Source: Anaeramoeba ignava BMAN
Lineage: Eukaryota; Protista; Anaeramoebae
Assembly (NCBI GenBank): GCA_028826165.1
Contig: JAPDFW010000092.1
Span: 62,001 to 126,000 of the forward strand
Direction of reading: 5' to 3'
Length of the DNA: 64,000 nt
The position numbers were made by a program, and so were the translations under genes. Position 1 is the stretch's first letter; every line of letters starts with the position of its first letter. The notes beneath the pieces were generated by a model that saw only the letters and a list, made by a program, of their open reading frames with translations, searched no databases and was not told where the DNA came from. Positions 24,353 through 35,324 of the stretch are shown here, piece by piece.

Positions 24353-26028
24353 TTAATAAATTCTGAAACTTGGAGACATTGTTGTTTTAATATGAATTGA
24401 TTTAACATTTTGCCAATTTTTCTTAAGAAGTGAAACAAAGAAATTTATTGCTGTTGTCATATTTGCTTTTAAATGATCTGGTGTAGTTTTGATATTTCCA
24501 ATTGCTGTGTGAATATTAATTGATTTTTTTAATTGAAAACTGACTGTCGAATTTAATTCTTTTATTTTTTCTTCAATTGAATCTGTATGTTTGATTAAAA
24601 TAGGAAATTTTCCTTGTTTGTTTAAAACTGGACCAATAATACGTGTGACTCTTTTAAGTAATGTATCACTTGCAAAGAAAGCATCATATTTTTTAGCTAT
24701 TCAATTTAAAATTCATTTTAAAATTAAAATTAAAATATAAAATTAAAATTATAATCAAAATTAAAATTAAAATTAAAATCAAAATTAAAATTAAAATTGA
24801 TTTTAAAATTAAAATTAAAATTAAAATTAAAATTAAAATTGATTTATAAAATTAAAATTAAAATTAAAATATAATTCATTTATAAAATTAAAATTAAATT
24901 TAAAATTAAAATTATAATTCATTTATAAAATTAAAATTAAAATTAAAATTAAAATTAAAATTAAAATTAAAATTAAAATTAAAATTAAAATCAAAATTAA
25001 AATTAAAATTAAAATTAAAATTAAAATTAAAATTAAAATTAAAATTAAAATTAAAATCAAAATCAAAATTAAAATTAAATTTGTTTATAAAATTAAAATT
25101 AAAATTGTTTATAAAATTAAAATTTAAATTAAAATTCATTTATAAAATTAAAATTAAAATTAAAATTAAAATTAAAATTAAAATTAAAATTAAAATTAAA
25201 ATTAAATTTAAAATTAAAATTAAAATTAAAATTATAATTCATTTATAAAATTATTTACACCATTTTTTAATTTCTTTATCTTTTTTCATAAATCCTTTAA
25301 CACCTTCAAAATCAATATAATCTAATTTCATTTCTTTAGCAACATCAATATGAGCAGCATCACCAATAATACAAACTCTAATACTTGGTCTAATTGGATG
25401 AGGTACTTTAATTGTTCCTGCAAATCTTTTATCTTTTTTTGGATCGTAAAATTTCAAAGTAAATTGTAATTCAACAGTTTCAATAAATTTTCTTTTCTTT
25501 GCTTTAGCTGATTGAAGCATTGAGTTGATTGATTTTGTAAGTTTATCTGGATTTAATTTTCTTTGTTATTTTTAATTTTGTTTTTAATTTTAATTTTGTT
25601 TTTAATTTTGTTTTTAATTTTAATTTTGTTTTTGTTTTTAATTTTGTTTTTAATTTTGTTTTTAATTTTAATTTTGTTTTTAATTTTGTTTTTGTTTTTA
25701 ATTTTGTTTTTGTTTTTAATTTTGTTTTTAATTTTAATTTTAATTTTGTTTTTAATTTTGATTTTGTTTTTAATTTTGTTGTTATTTTTAATTTTGTTTT
25801 TGTTTTTAATTTTAATTTTGTTTTTAATTTTGTTTTTGTTTTTGTTTTTTTTTAATTTTGTTTTTAATTTTGTTTTTGATTTTGTTGTTATTTTTGTTTT
25901 TAATTTTAATTTTAATTTTGATTTTGTTTTTGTTTTTGTTTTTGATTTTGTTTTTAATTTTGTTTTTAATTTTGTTTTTAATTTTGTTTTTAATTTTAAT
26001 TTTGTTTGAATTGAAAAACATACGACAT
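24353..26028 (-). CDS. RPL10A: 60S ribosomal protein L10a (uL1), 216 aa. Exons 26028-26024 (5 nt), 25560-25259, 24696-24353
   Basis: Motifs KRKFIETVELQ..YDPKKDKRFAGT, KKYDAFFASD, GPVLNKQGKFP, FQLKK, SLLKKNWQNV and TMSPSFRIY. The spliced length fits uL1. Confidence 0.95.
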
Positions 26029-26277
26029 TTCTTGTTTCCTTTTTAATTTCTTTTGTTTTTTTTTTATTTATAAATTTGGAAAAAAAAAATGAAAAAAAAA
26101 AGCAAAAAAAAAAAATTAAAAAAAAAGTTTTTCATTTTTTTTTTCATTTTTTTTATTACTTTTTCCATTTTTTTTATTTCATCTTCTTTTTTATTTTTGA
26201 TTTATTTTATTATCATTTAATTTTCTTTCTATTTTTTTTTTTATAAATTTAATTATTGACTAACGAATTTAAAAGAA

Positions 26278-29200
26278 ATGAATCCACAATGGCCGAATAA
26301 TCCGAATCAATGGATCAATCCATTTCAACAAGGAATACAACAAGGATGGAACGGAGCGCAACAAATGGTACCACAAATAGGGCATGGGATGCAACAAGGA
26401 GCTCAACAAATCGGGCACGGTATTAATCAAATGGGAGCACAAATGCCAACAATACCACAAATGGGACAAGGAATTAATCAAGGTGTACAACAAATGGGAC
26501 AAGGAATTAATCAAGGTGCTCAACAAATGGGACAAGGAATTAATCAAGGTGCTCAACAAATGGGACAAGGAATTAATCAAGGCGCTCAACAAATGGGACA
26601 AGGCATTAATCAAGGTGCTCAACAAGCAAACCAAGTTATCCAACAAGGTGCTCAACAAGTTAATCAAGGCGCTCAGCAAGGCGTACAAGCTGCTAGGCAA
26701 GGTGTAAGAGCGTTTAGTGGTGATATTCGTGATGCTCTGCAAAGAACTGGTCATGGTCTACAAGCTGTTCCTCAACAAGTTTCAAATGTTGCTCAAAGTT
26801 CGATTTACCCATTCCCTTTTGAAATTTTTTAATAAGATATATTACAATATTAATATACTATAAAATATTCAAATATTGCAAATATTATAAAAATATTCAC
26901 ATATCCAAAATATTCAAAATAAAAATATTATTATTCTATTATTAATAAAATATTAATAAAATATTAATTAAAATATAAATAAAATATTAATAAAATATTA
27001 ATAAAATATTAATAAAATATTAATAAAATATTATATTAAAATATTATTAAAATATTATTAAAATATTATTAAAATTATTAATAAAATATTAATAAATTAT
27101 TATTAAATTATTAATAAAATATTATTAAAATATTATTAAATTATTAATAAAATATTAATAAATTATTATTCAATTATTAATAAAATATTATTAAATTATT
27201 ATTAAATTATTAATAAAATATTATTAAATTATTAATATTATTAAAAATATTATTCAAATATTATTAAAATATTATTAAATTATTATTAAAATATTAATAA
27301 ATTATTAAAATATTATTAAAATATTATTAAAATATTAATAAAATATTAATAAAATATTAATAAAATATTATTAAAATATTAATAAAATATTATTCAAATA
27401 TTAAATTATTAAAATATTATTAAAATTATTAAATTATTAATAAATTAAAATATAAATTATTATTAAAATATTAATAAAATATTATTAAAATATTATTAAA
27501 ATATTATTAAATTATTATTCAAATATTAATAAAATATTAATAAAATATTAAATTAATAAAATATTATTCAAATATTAATAAAATATTATTCAAATATTAT
27601 TAAATTATTAAATTATTATTCAAATATAAAATATTATTCAAATATTATTAAATTATTAATAAAATATTATTCAAATATTCAAATTTTTAATTATTAAATT
27701 ATTAAATTATTAAAATATTAAATTATTTTCTATAGAAACCTCAAATGTCTTCCAAGAAATCACAATCCCAACATCTGAAATCTCCAAACTATCAATCACA
27801 AACTTCCAAGATTTCTTCGACAGTGCAGACTTCAAAGGAATTCAACCAAATTGGGATGAAGTAGGAGAAGTTTACACCAAATCAATAGCAGCAGTAGGAG
27901 CCTTAATAGCAGCAGCAGGTTGGGCATTTGACTTTGTAAAATTTGATCTTTTTCGAGATTTTTTCCAGATTATAGGACTTTTTTTCAGTGGAATAGCATG
28001 GCCTAAGGGATTTGGAGTTGTATGGGGAAAGATCACTGGAGCAGTATCGGTTGATCTGTCTTTCATTCACATTACACCGCTTGTGTGGTTTTGGATATTG
28101 TGGTCGATTTGCGCGATTTTATTTATTCTTTTTCGGGTGAGATTAAGAAAAGATCCCGCAGCTTTACTTGATGGTCACGAAGCACGAACATGGACAGATC
28201 GGTCTAGATTGGAACTTTTATGGAGCACTGCGTTAATCACACTTTTAATCTCTTTATATTTACCAATGTCACGAAGTGCGCTTCAGGTTATTGTTTGCTA
28301 TGAACCACAACAAACAAGTTATGATGAGAATTCTGATGACTTTAAAGATTCATACAAGTCAGAATTTGAGAAGAAAGGAGGGTGTTGGCATGCGGTGCAT
28401 ATTGTGCACATAATATTTGCCGCGTTAATTATGCTTGTGATTACAATATATTTCCCGATACTAACGCTTAAGTTGATTCAACGCAATAAGCCTCAGCCCA
28501 GATTATTTGATCAAGAAGGACAGGAAAAGCAATACACGGATGTGGAGTATCGACGCGATCTTGACAAAGACAAGTGCCCGTATAAATTTGTGTACAAGGG
28601 ATACGAGCGAAAATGGTCAGGATACAAAGCAATCATCATGGCTATTAAGCTCCTTCTTATTGTTGTTGTTATCTCTTTTACTTCCCTGCTCGCACAGATT
28701 TCAGTCGTCCTCGGGATTGTTTTTGTCTTCGCTCTCATCTCCTTCCTTTCAGCTCCCTTTATCAACCGAACAGACGATAAAATCGATCAAAGCGCAAGAG
28801 TTACTACTGTTGTTACTGTGATTTTCGGGCTTATTCTCGCAAAAAAATACTCCGATTCTTCAGCCCCTTCTGCATACTCAATCATCCTTAATACTCTTCA
28901 TGCTGTGAATATTTTCTTGATGGTTTTGCTCACAATAGCCTCGTTCAAGTTCTGTCAAAAAAAATGGAAAAATTGCACTGGAAGAATTGATTTCTCAGAG
29001 AAAAAATTTGATTACAATCTCCCAAAAGAACGCAAGCTTCGAATTTGGCATCCGTTCTGGGAATCGTTGATGTCTCACCAAGAAAACTTGATTCCTGCAT
29101 ATGAACGTTTAAGAAAAATGAAGGAAATTGCGTCATATCACGGCTACGAAGAGTACAAAGCAGCCCTGATACCACCCGATGAGGAAATTGTCCACGAGCG

Positions 29201-30390
29201 TGTTTGGGTGCAGAAAGCCATCGAGGGTGTTGATGGTTTCTGGGACGGCATGGATGAAAACAACGAGCTTAAAAGCAAAACCTGTTTCGGAAAAGTTTGG
29301 ATCGATCCGTTTCCGTTTAAATGCACAATTGTTTATGATGACTCTGGCCCTGCTGTTATTCCTGATGAGCTTTTTCTTCCCTTCTGCAGAAGAAACAGAG
29401 AGGAGGATGTTCTCAAAAAAAGAAAAATCAGACAGAAACTCCGTGCGTTAAACGGCGAAACTGTGTTTTTTGAATACGTTGAAACTCACTCAAAATCAAA
29501 AAAAGGATTTGAAGATGAAAATAAGAAAGCAGCAGTTAAATTCACTTTCAAATACGGAGTTTTGACAGTCAAGGCAAACAGAGATGTTGATTGGGCAGCA
29601 GGATTCAACGTAACAATATCATATTCAGATGGAGTTGGAGATGATGATTCAGGTGAATCTTTCAAAGGCGAAAAAACAACAATTGGTCATGCTGAAATTG
29701 GAATTCGTGATGATTTCACATACACACCAGAACTCCAACGATTGCTCAAGAATCCCGAAAACAAAAAGCTCATCCAACAAAACCTCCCAAGTTTCCTTGA
29801 CGAAGCCCAAGCCTACAGAGACGGATTGGTCGAGGAACGTGTCCAACAAGAAACCATTTTGTCAAACGGTTTTTGGCTCTTTATCTTCAATAACGACAGA
29901 ATCTCAAGAGAAAATCTCACCATTTATCTTCAAGAACACGAATCAGACGAGGCAATATCAAGAATTCCTGAAGTTCATGAAGAAGGTCTTGAATTATCTT
30001 TACTCAAAACTCGCCTTCTATGATTCGCATCCTGTTGTTGCTCTTTGGTACGTTTTTTGGGATGATTTCTACCAAAATAACGGTTGGATGAAAAAGTTTA
30101 AGGGTTTTGATGAGTTTTTGAATCCTCGTTTCCCCTCTGCTATTTGTTACCATCCTCAAGACAGAAACAATCTCGAACGATTTTTGGAAGAAAATGGATT
30201 GAGAAAAAAAATTAAGAAAAAACACTTGAATAAATTGTATGAGAAATTGGAAGACTATTCGGATGGTTCAAGTTTTCAAGATAAAGCCAAAGTTGTTCTT
30301 CCAGGTCCAGAGTATATTACAGGAAGAGATTTAATGGATGGAGGAAGAGGTGTTATTTCTGATAAAGATGATGTTAATCTCGATCTTTAA
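26278..30390 (+). CDS. Uncharacterised multi-pass membrane protein with N-terminal 11-aa Q/G repeats, about 1057 aa. Exons 26278-26797, 27736-30390; apparent frameshift near 29988
   Basis: Intron 26798-27735 (GTTCGA..TATAG) joins in frame. There are several hydrophobic segments, and the coding sequence continues as NYLYSKLAFYDSHPVVALWYVFWDD in the +1 frame. Confidence 0.72.
26455..26625 (+). repeat. 33-bp coding tandem repeat (QQMGQGINQGA), about 5 copies plus degenerate flanks
   Basis: Repeated caacaaatgggacaaggaattaatcaaggtgct. Confidence 0.92.
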
Positions 30391-30668
30391 GAAATCAATT
30401 TTTAAATTCAATTTCCAAAAGTTTATCCAAAAATTATCCAAAAATTTATCCAAAAATTTTATCCAAAAACTTGAAAGTTTCAATTCATTCATGTTTTTTT
30501 CTTTTTCTTCATTATTTTTTTTTCTTCAATATTTTATTTCTCCTCAAAAAACAAACTCTTTTTTTTTCCATTCATTTTTTTTTATTGAAAAAATTTTTCA
30601 TTTTCTTTCTTCAATAAAAAAAAAAACTTTTTCATTTTTTTCTTTTTTTTCTTTTTTTTTATATAAAA

Positions 30669-31536
30669 ATGAATAATTATCCTGTTTATCATTATCAAAA
30701 TTTTATGAATAGATTTTATCAAGAAAATCGACCAAGAACTTTATTTACAATTCCATCACCAAAACAATTTGTTATAGCAACACTTGTTATTTTACTTTTA
30801 TTTTGGATTATTGTTGTTATAAAAGCAAAAACTCCAACAAAATATGATTATATGAAAAAATTAAATTCAGAAGAAGAATTAGAAAAAGAAGGAAAAAAAA
30901 ACAAGAATTACAAATATATATGTTCAAATACTCGACAAGGAAAGGATCTTATTACTGACAGCAAAGGTTTTAACTGAATTAATTTATAAAATAAAATCAA
31001 AATTAAAATTAAAATTTAAAATTAAAATTAAAATTAAAATTAAAATTATAATTAAAATTAAAATTAAAATTAAAATTAAAATTAATTTATAAAATTAAAA
31101 TTAAAATTAAAATTATAAAATTATAATTAAAATTTAAAAGGTTTTGTTTGTAATCCTTTCCAAGTTAATCCAGACACAAAATGTTGTCCAGAAACTAAAA
31201 AAACAGGAATTGAAAGATATTCTTGTCTTTCTTGTGATTTAGAAATAAAATGTTGTGAAATTTATGAATATTGTGTTTCTTGTTGTTTAAATTCAACTCC
31301 AAAAGTAAATTTTTATTTTACAATTCAATTTAAAAAAAAAATTTAAAAATAATTTTCATTATAAAAATAAAAAGGAAGAATCTGGTTTAAAAGGTTTCTT
31401 CTCTTCTTTTTTTCAAACTAAATTAGAACCAACTTTTAAAAATTGCAAACAATTTTGTCGAACTTCTTCAGATAGTGTTGTTAATGAAAATATTTATAAA
31501 ACAAATCAAAAATTTTGTTTTGATCTTACAATTTAA
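30669..31536 (+). CDS. SPRING1: SPRING1/C12orf49-like type II membrane Cys-rich protein, about 207 aa. Exons 30669-30966, 31141-31304, 31375-31536
   Basis: A signal anchor is followed by CSNTRQGKDLITDSKGFVC..CC..YSCLSC..CCEIYEYCVSCCL..CRTSSDSVVNENIY..FC, the family signature. Confidence 0.88.
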
Positions 31537-31654
31537 TTTTTTATTTTCTATTTTGAATTTTTCAATTTGTTTTTAAATAATAATTTAAATAAAAAAATAA
31601 ATAAAAAAATGAATAAATATTTTATAATTAATTAAATAAGATTAAATAAAATAA

Positions 31655-33560
31655 GATTAATTTATTATTTTATATTTATATTAAATATAAAAAGATCCTT
31701 TATTTAGATTTATTAATTATTATTAAAAATTTAGATAAAAATTTAAATAAAAAAATAAATAAATATTTTATATTTATATTAAATATAAAAAGATCCTTTA
31801 AATAAATTTAATTATTATTTAAAATTTTATATTTTATTATTAAATAAATAAAAAGATTAATTTTTATTTTATATTTTTATTAATTATTATTTATTTTTAT
31901 TTTATTAATTAAAAATAAAGAGAAAAAATAGATCAATTTTTATTATTTTTGAATTATTTAAATTTGGATTTAATTTATTATTTTATATTTATATTAAATA
32001 TAAAAAGATCCTTTATTTAGATTTATTAATTATTATTAAAAATTTAAATAAAAATAAATAAAAATGAATCAATTTTTATTATTTTTATTATTTAAATTTA
32101 ATTTATTATTTTATAATAAATTTATTTTATATTTATATTAAATAAAAAAGATCAATTTTATTTAGATTTTTAATTATTATTAATAATTTAGATAAAAATT
32201 TAAATAAAAATAATCAATTATTTAATTTTTTTTAAAAAGGAGAAAAATTATTTTTATTATTTTTGAACTATTAAATTTGGATTTAATTTATTATTTTATA
32301 TTTATATTAAATATAAAAGATCCTTTATTTAGATTTATTAATTATTATTTAATTTTTATTTTAAATAAAAATTTTTAAATAAAAATAGATCAATTTTTTA
32401 TTATTTTTGAATTATTTAAATTTAGATTTAATTTATTATTTTTATATTTATATTAAAAAAATAAAAAAGATCCTTTATTTAGATTTATTAATTATTATAT
32501 TAAAAATTTATTATTAAAAATTTAAATAAAAAAATAGATTAATTTTTATTATTTTTGAACTATTTAAATTTGGATCTAATTTATTATTTTATATTTATAT
32601 TAAATATAAAAAAGATCCTTTATTTAGATTTATTAATTATTATTAAAAATTTAAATAAAAATTTAAATAAAAATAGATCAATTTTTATTATTTTTTGAAT
32701 TAATTAAATTTAGATTTAATTTATTATTTTATATTTATATTAAAATATAAAAAAGATATTTTTTTATTTAGATTTATTAATTATTATTTTAATTTTTTTG
32801 TTTTAAAAAGGAGAAAAAATAGATCAATTTTTATTATTTTTGAATTATTTAAATTTAGATTTAATTTATTATTTTATATTTATATTAAATATAAAAAGAT
32901 CCTTTATTTAGATTTATTAATTATTATTTAAAAATTTTAAAAAGGAGAAAAATAAAATTTTTATTAAAAAAATAGATTTAATCAATTTTTATTATTTTTG
33001 AATTATTTAAATTTAGATTTATTAATTTATTATTTTATATTTATATTAAAAATAAAAATATTTTTTATTTAAAGATTTATTAATTATTATTAAATAATTT
33101 AGATTAAAAATTTTTAAATAAAAAAAGATCAATTTTTATTAATTTTTGAACTAATTTAAATTTGGATTTAATTTTATTTTTATAATTTTTATTTTAAAAA
33201 TAGAAAAAGATCAATTTTTTTATATTTAGATTTAATTATTTATTAAATTAAAAAGAAAATTTTTAGATAAAAATTTTAAAAAAGAAAAATAGATCAATTT
33301 TTTATTAATTTTTTTGAACTATTTAAATTTAGATTTAATTTATTATTTTATATTTATATTAAATATAAAAAGATTCTTTATTTAGATTTATTAATTATTA
33401 TTAAAATAATAAATAAAAATTTAAATAAAAAAATAGATCAATTTTTTATTGTTTTTTTTGGACTATTTAAATTTGGATTTAATTTATTATTTTATATTTA
33501 TATTAAATATAAAAAAGATCCTTTATTTAGATTTATTAATTATTATTAAAAAAATAAATA
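31655..33560. repeat. Degenerate AT-rich satellite, about 13 units, mostly 140-170 bp
   Basis: Recurrent TTTATATTTATATTAAATATAAAAAGATCCTTTATTTAGATTTATTAATT, with GATC-type anchors near 32007, 32150, 32319, 32469, 32614, 32755, 32898, 33372 and 33517. Confidence 0.9.
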
Positions 33561-34059
33561 AAAAAATATTTTGTCATTTATGAGTCATTTTTTGAATTAA
33601 TTAATTTAAAATTACTAAAAATTAGAATTAATTATTTTTAAATTAAAAAAAAAAAAAGCAAAAATTATTTAAATGATCAATACAAATCATCAAATTAAAT
33701 TAAAAATTAAAAATTAAATTAAATTTTAAATTAAAAAAATTGAAAGCAAATTAAATTAAAAATAATTAATTAAAAAAGAGGAAAAAATAATTAAAAAAAT
33801 TTCTTTTTTTATTTTTATTTTTATTTTTTATTTTTATTTAAAAAAAAATTTTTTTTTAAATTTTTTTTTTTCATTTTTTTCTTTGTAAATATTTTTTTTT
33901 TTTATTATAAAAATAATTAATTAACCAAAAAAAAAACAACTTTTATAAAAAAAATTTTTTTTTTTATCGAAAATAATTAAAACATTTTTTTTATAACAAT
34001 TTTTAATTTAAAAAAAAAACCAAATAGAAAAGAAACAAAAAAAATTAAAACAAGATAAG

Positions 34060-35020
34060 ATGGACGGTGGAGTTATTGCAGAAGACGATTGTGTTACAAA
34101 ATTTAATGAATTCAAAATGGGAAGAGATATTCGATATATTATTTATCGATTATCAGATAATCGTAAACAAATTATAGTTGAGAAAATTGGAGACAAAGAC
34201 CAAACATATGATGATTTCTTAGCTTGCCTTCCAGAAAATAAATGTCGTTATGCTGTTTTCTCATTGGATTTCAAATTAGATGATGGTTCTGACAGAAGCA
34301 AGATTCTTTTTGTTGTTTGGTAAATATTTAATTTAATTTATATTTTAATATATAATTTAATTTATATTTTAATTAATAATTTTAATTAATAATTTAATTT
34401 ATAATTTAATTTATAATTTAATTTATAATTTATAATTTAATTTATAATTTATATTTTAATTTATATTTTAATTTATATTTTAATTTATAATTTAATTTAT
34501 ATTTTAATTTATAATTTAATTTAATTTATAATTTAATTTATAATTTAATTTATAATTTAATTTATAATTTAATTTATAATTTAATTTTAATTTATAATTT
34601 AATTTATAATTTAATTTATAATTTAATTTATAATTTAATTTATAATTTAATTTATAATTTAATTTATATTTTAATTTATATTTTAATTTATAATTTAATT
34701 TATAATTTAATTTTTATTATAATTTAATTTATAATTTATTTTATAATTTAATTTATAATTTAATTTTTATTATAATTTAATTTATAATTTAATTTATAAT
34801 ATATTTATAATATATTTTAATTTATAATTTGATTTATAATTTAAATTAATTTAAAAGGGCTCCTGAAATTGCACCAACAAGAGAGAAAATGATTGTTGCT
34901 ACTTCAAAAGATAAATTCAAGAAACAATTAGTTGGTGTTGGTGTTGAAATTCAAGCAACTGACCAAAGTGAAGTTGCTCTTGAAACTGTTATGGAAAAGG
35001 TTATGGCAAATATCCGATAA
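34060..35020 (+). CDS. ADF/cofilin, 140 aa. Exons 34060-34319, 34858-35020
   Basis: Motifs RYIIYRLSD, YDDFLACLPENKCRYAVF, KILFVVWAPEIAPTREKMIVATSK and EIQATD. The 538-nt intron is filled with an AATTTATAATT repeat. Confidence 0.95.
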
Positions 35021-35324
35021 AAAAAAAATCAGAACTAATCAAAAAAAAAAAAAGAATTTCTTTTAACTCATTTTTTTTTTCATTCATTTCAAAATTTTTT
35101 TTTAGCTTTTTTTTGGATTCCTTTCTTTTTCAAAAACTTTTTCTTCAACTTTTTTTTTTTCGACATTGTTCTTGCATTTTAAAATGCAATAGCTTCAAAA
35201 ATGAATCCTTTTTTTTACTCCTTTTCCAAATAATTTTTTAAATTTTTTAAAATCAAAAATCAAAAATCAAAAATTTAAAACTTCTCTTTTTTTATTGTTA
35301 TTGTTATTGTTATTTTGATTGTGA

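Noticed and set aside
31655-33560. CRISPR-like repeat-spacer array
   Set aside because: The units are long and degenerate, the variable parts are low-complexity AT rather than unique spacers, there are no cas genes and the context is eukaryotic.
35172-35189. 18-bp palindrome TTGCATTTTAAAATGCAA between convergent genes as a terminator
   Set aside because: It is a single, mostly A/T instance, and hairpin terminators are not expected for Pol II genes.
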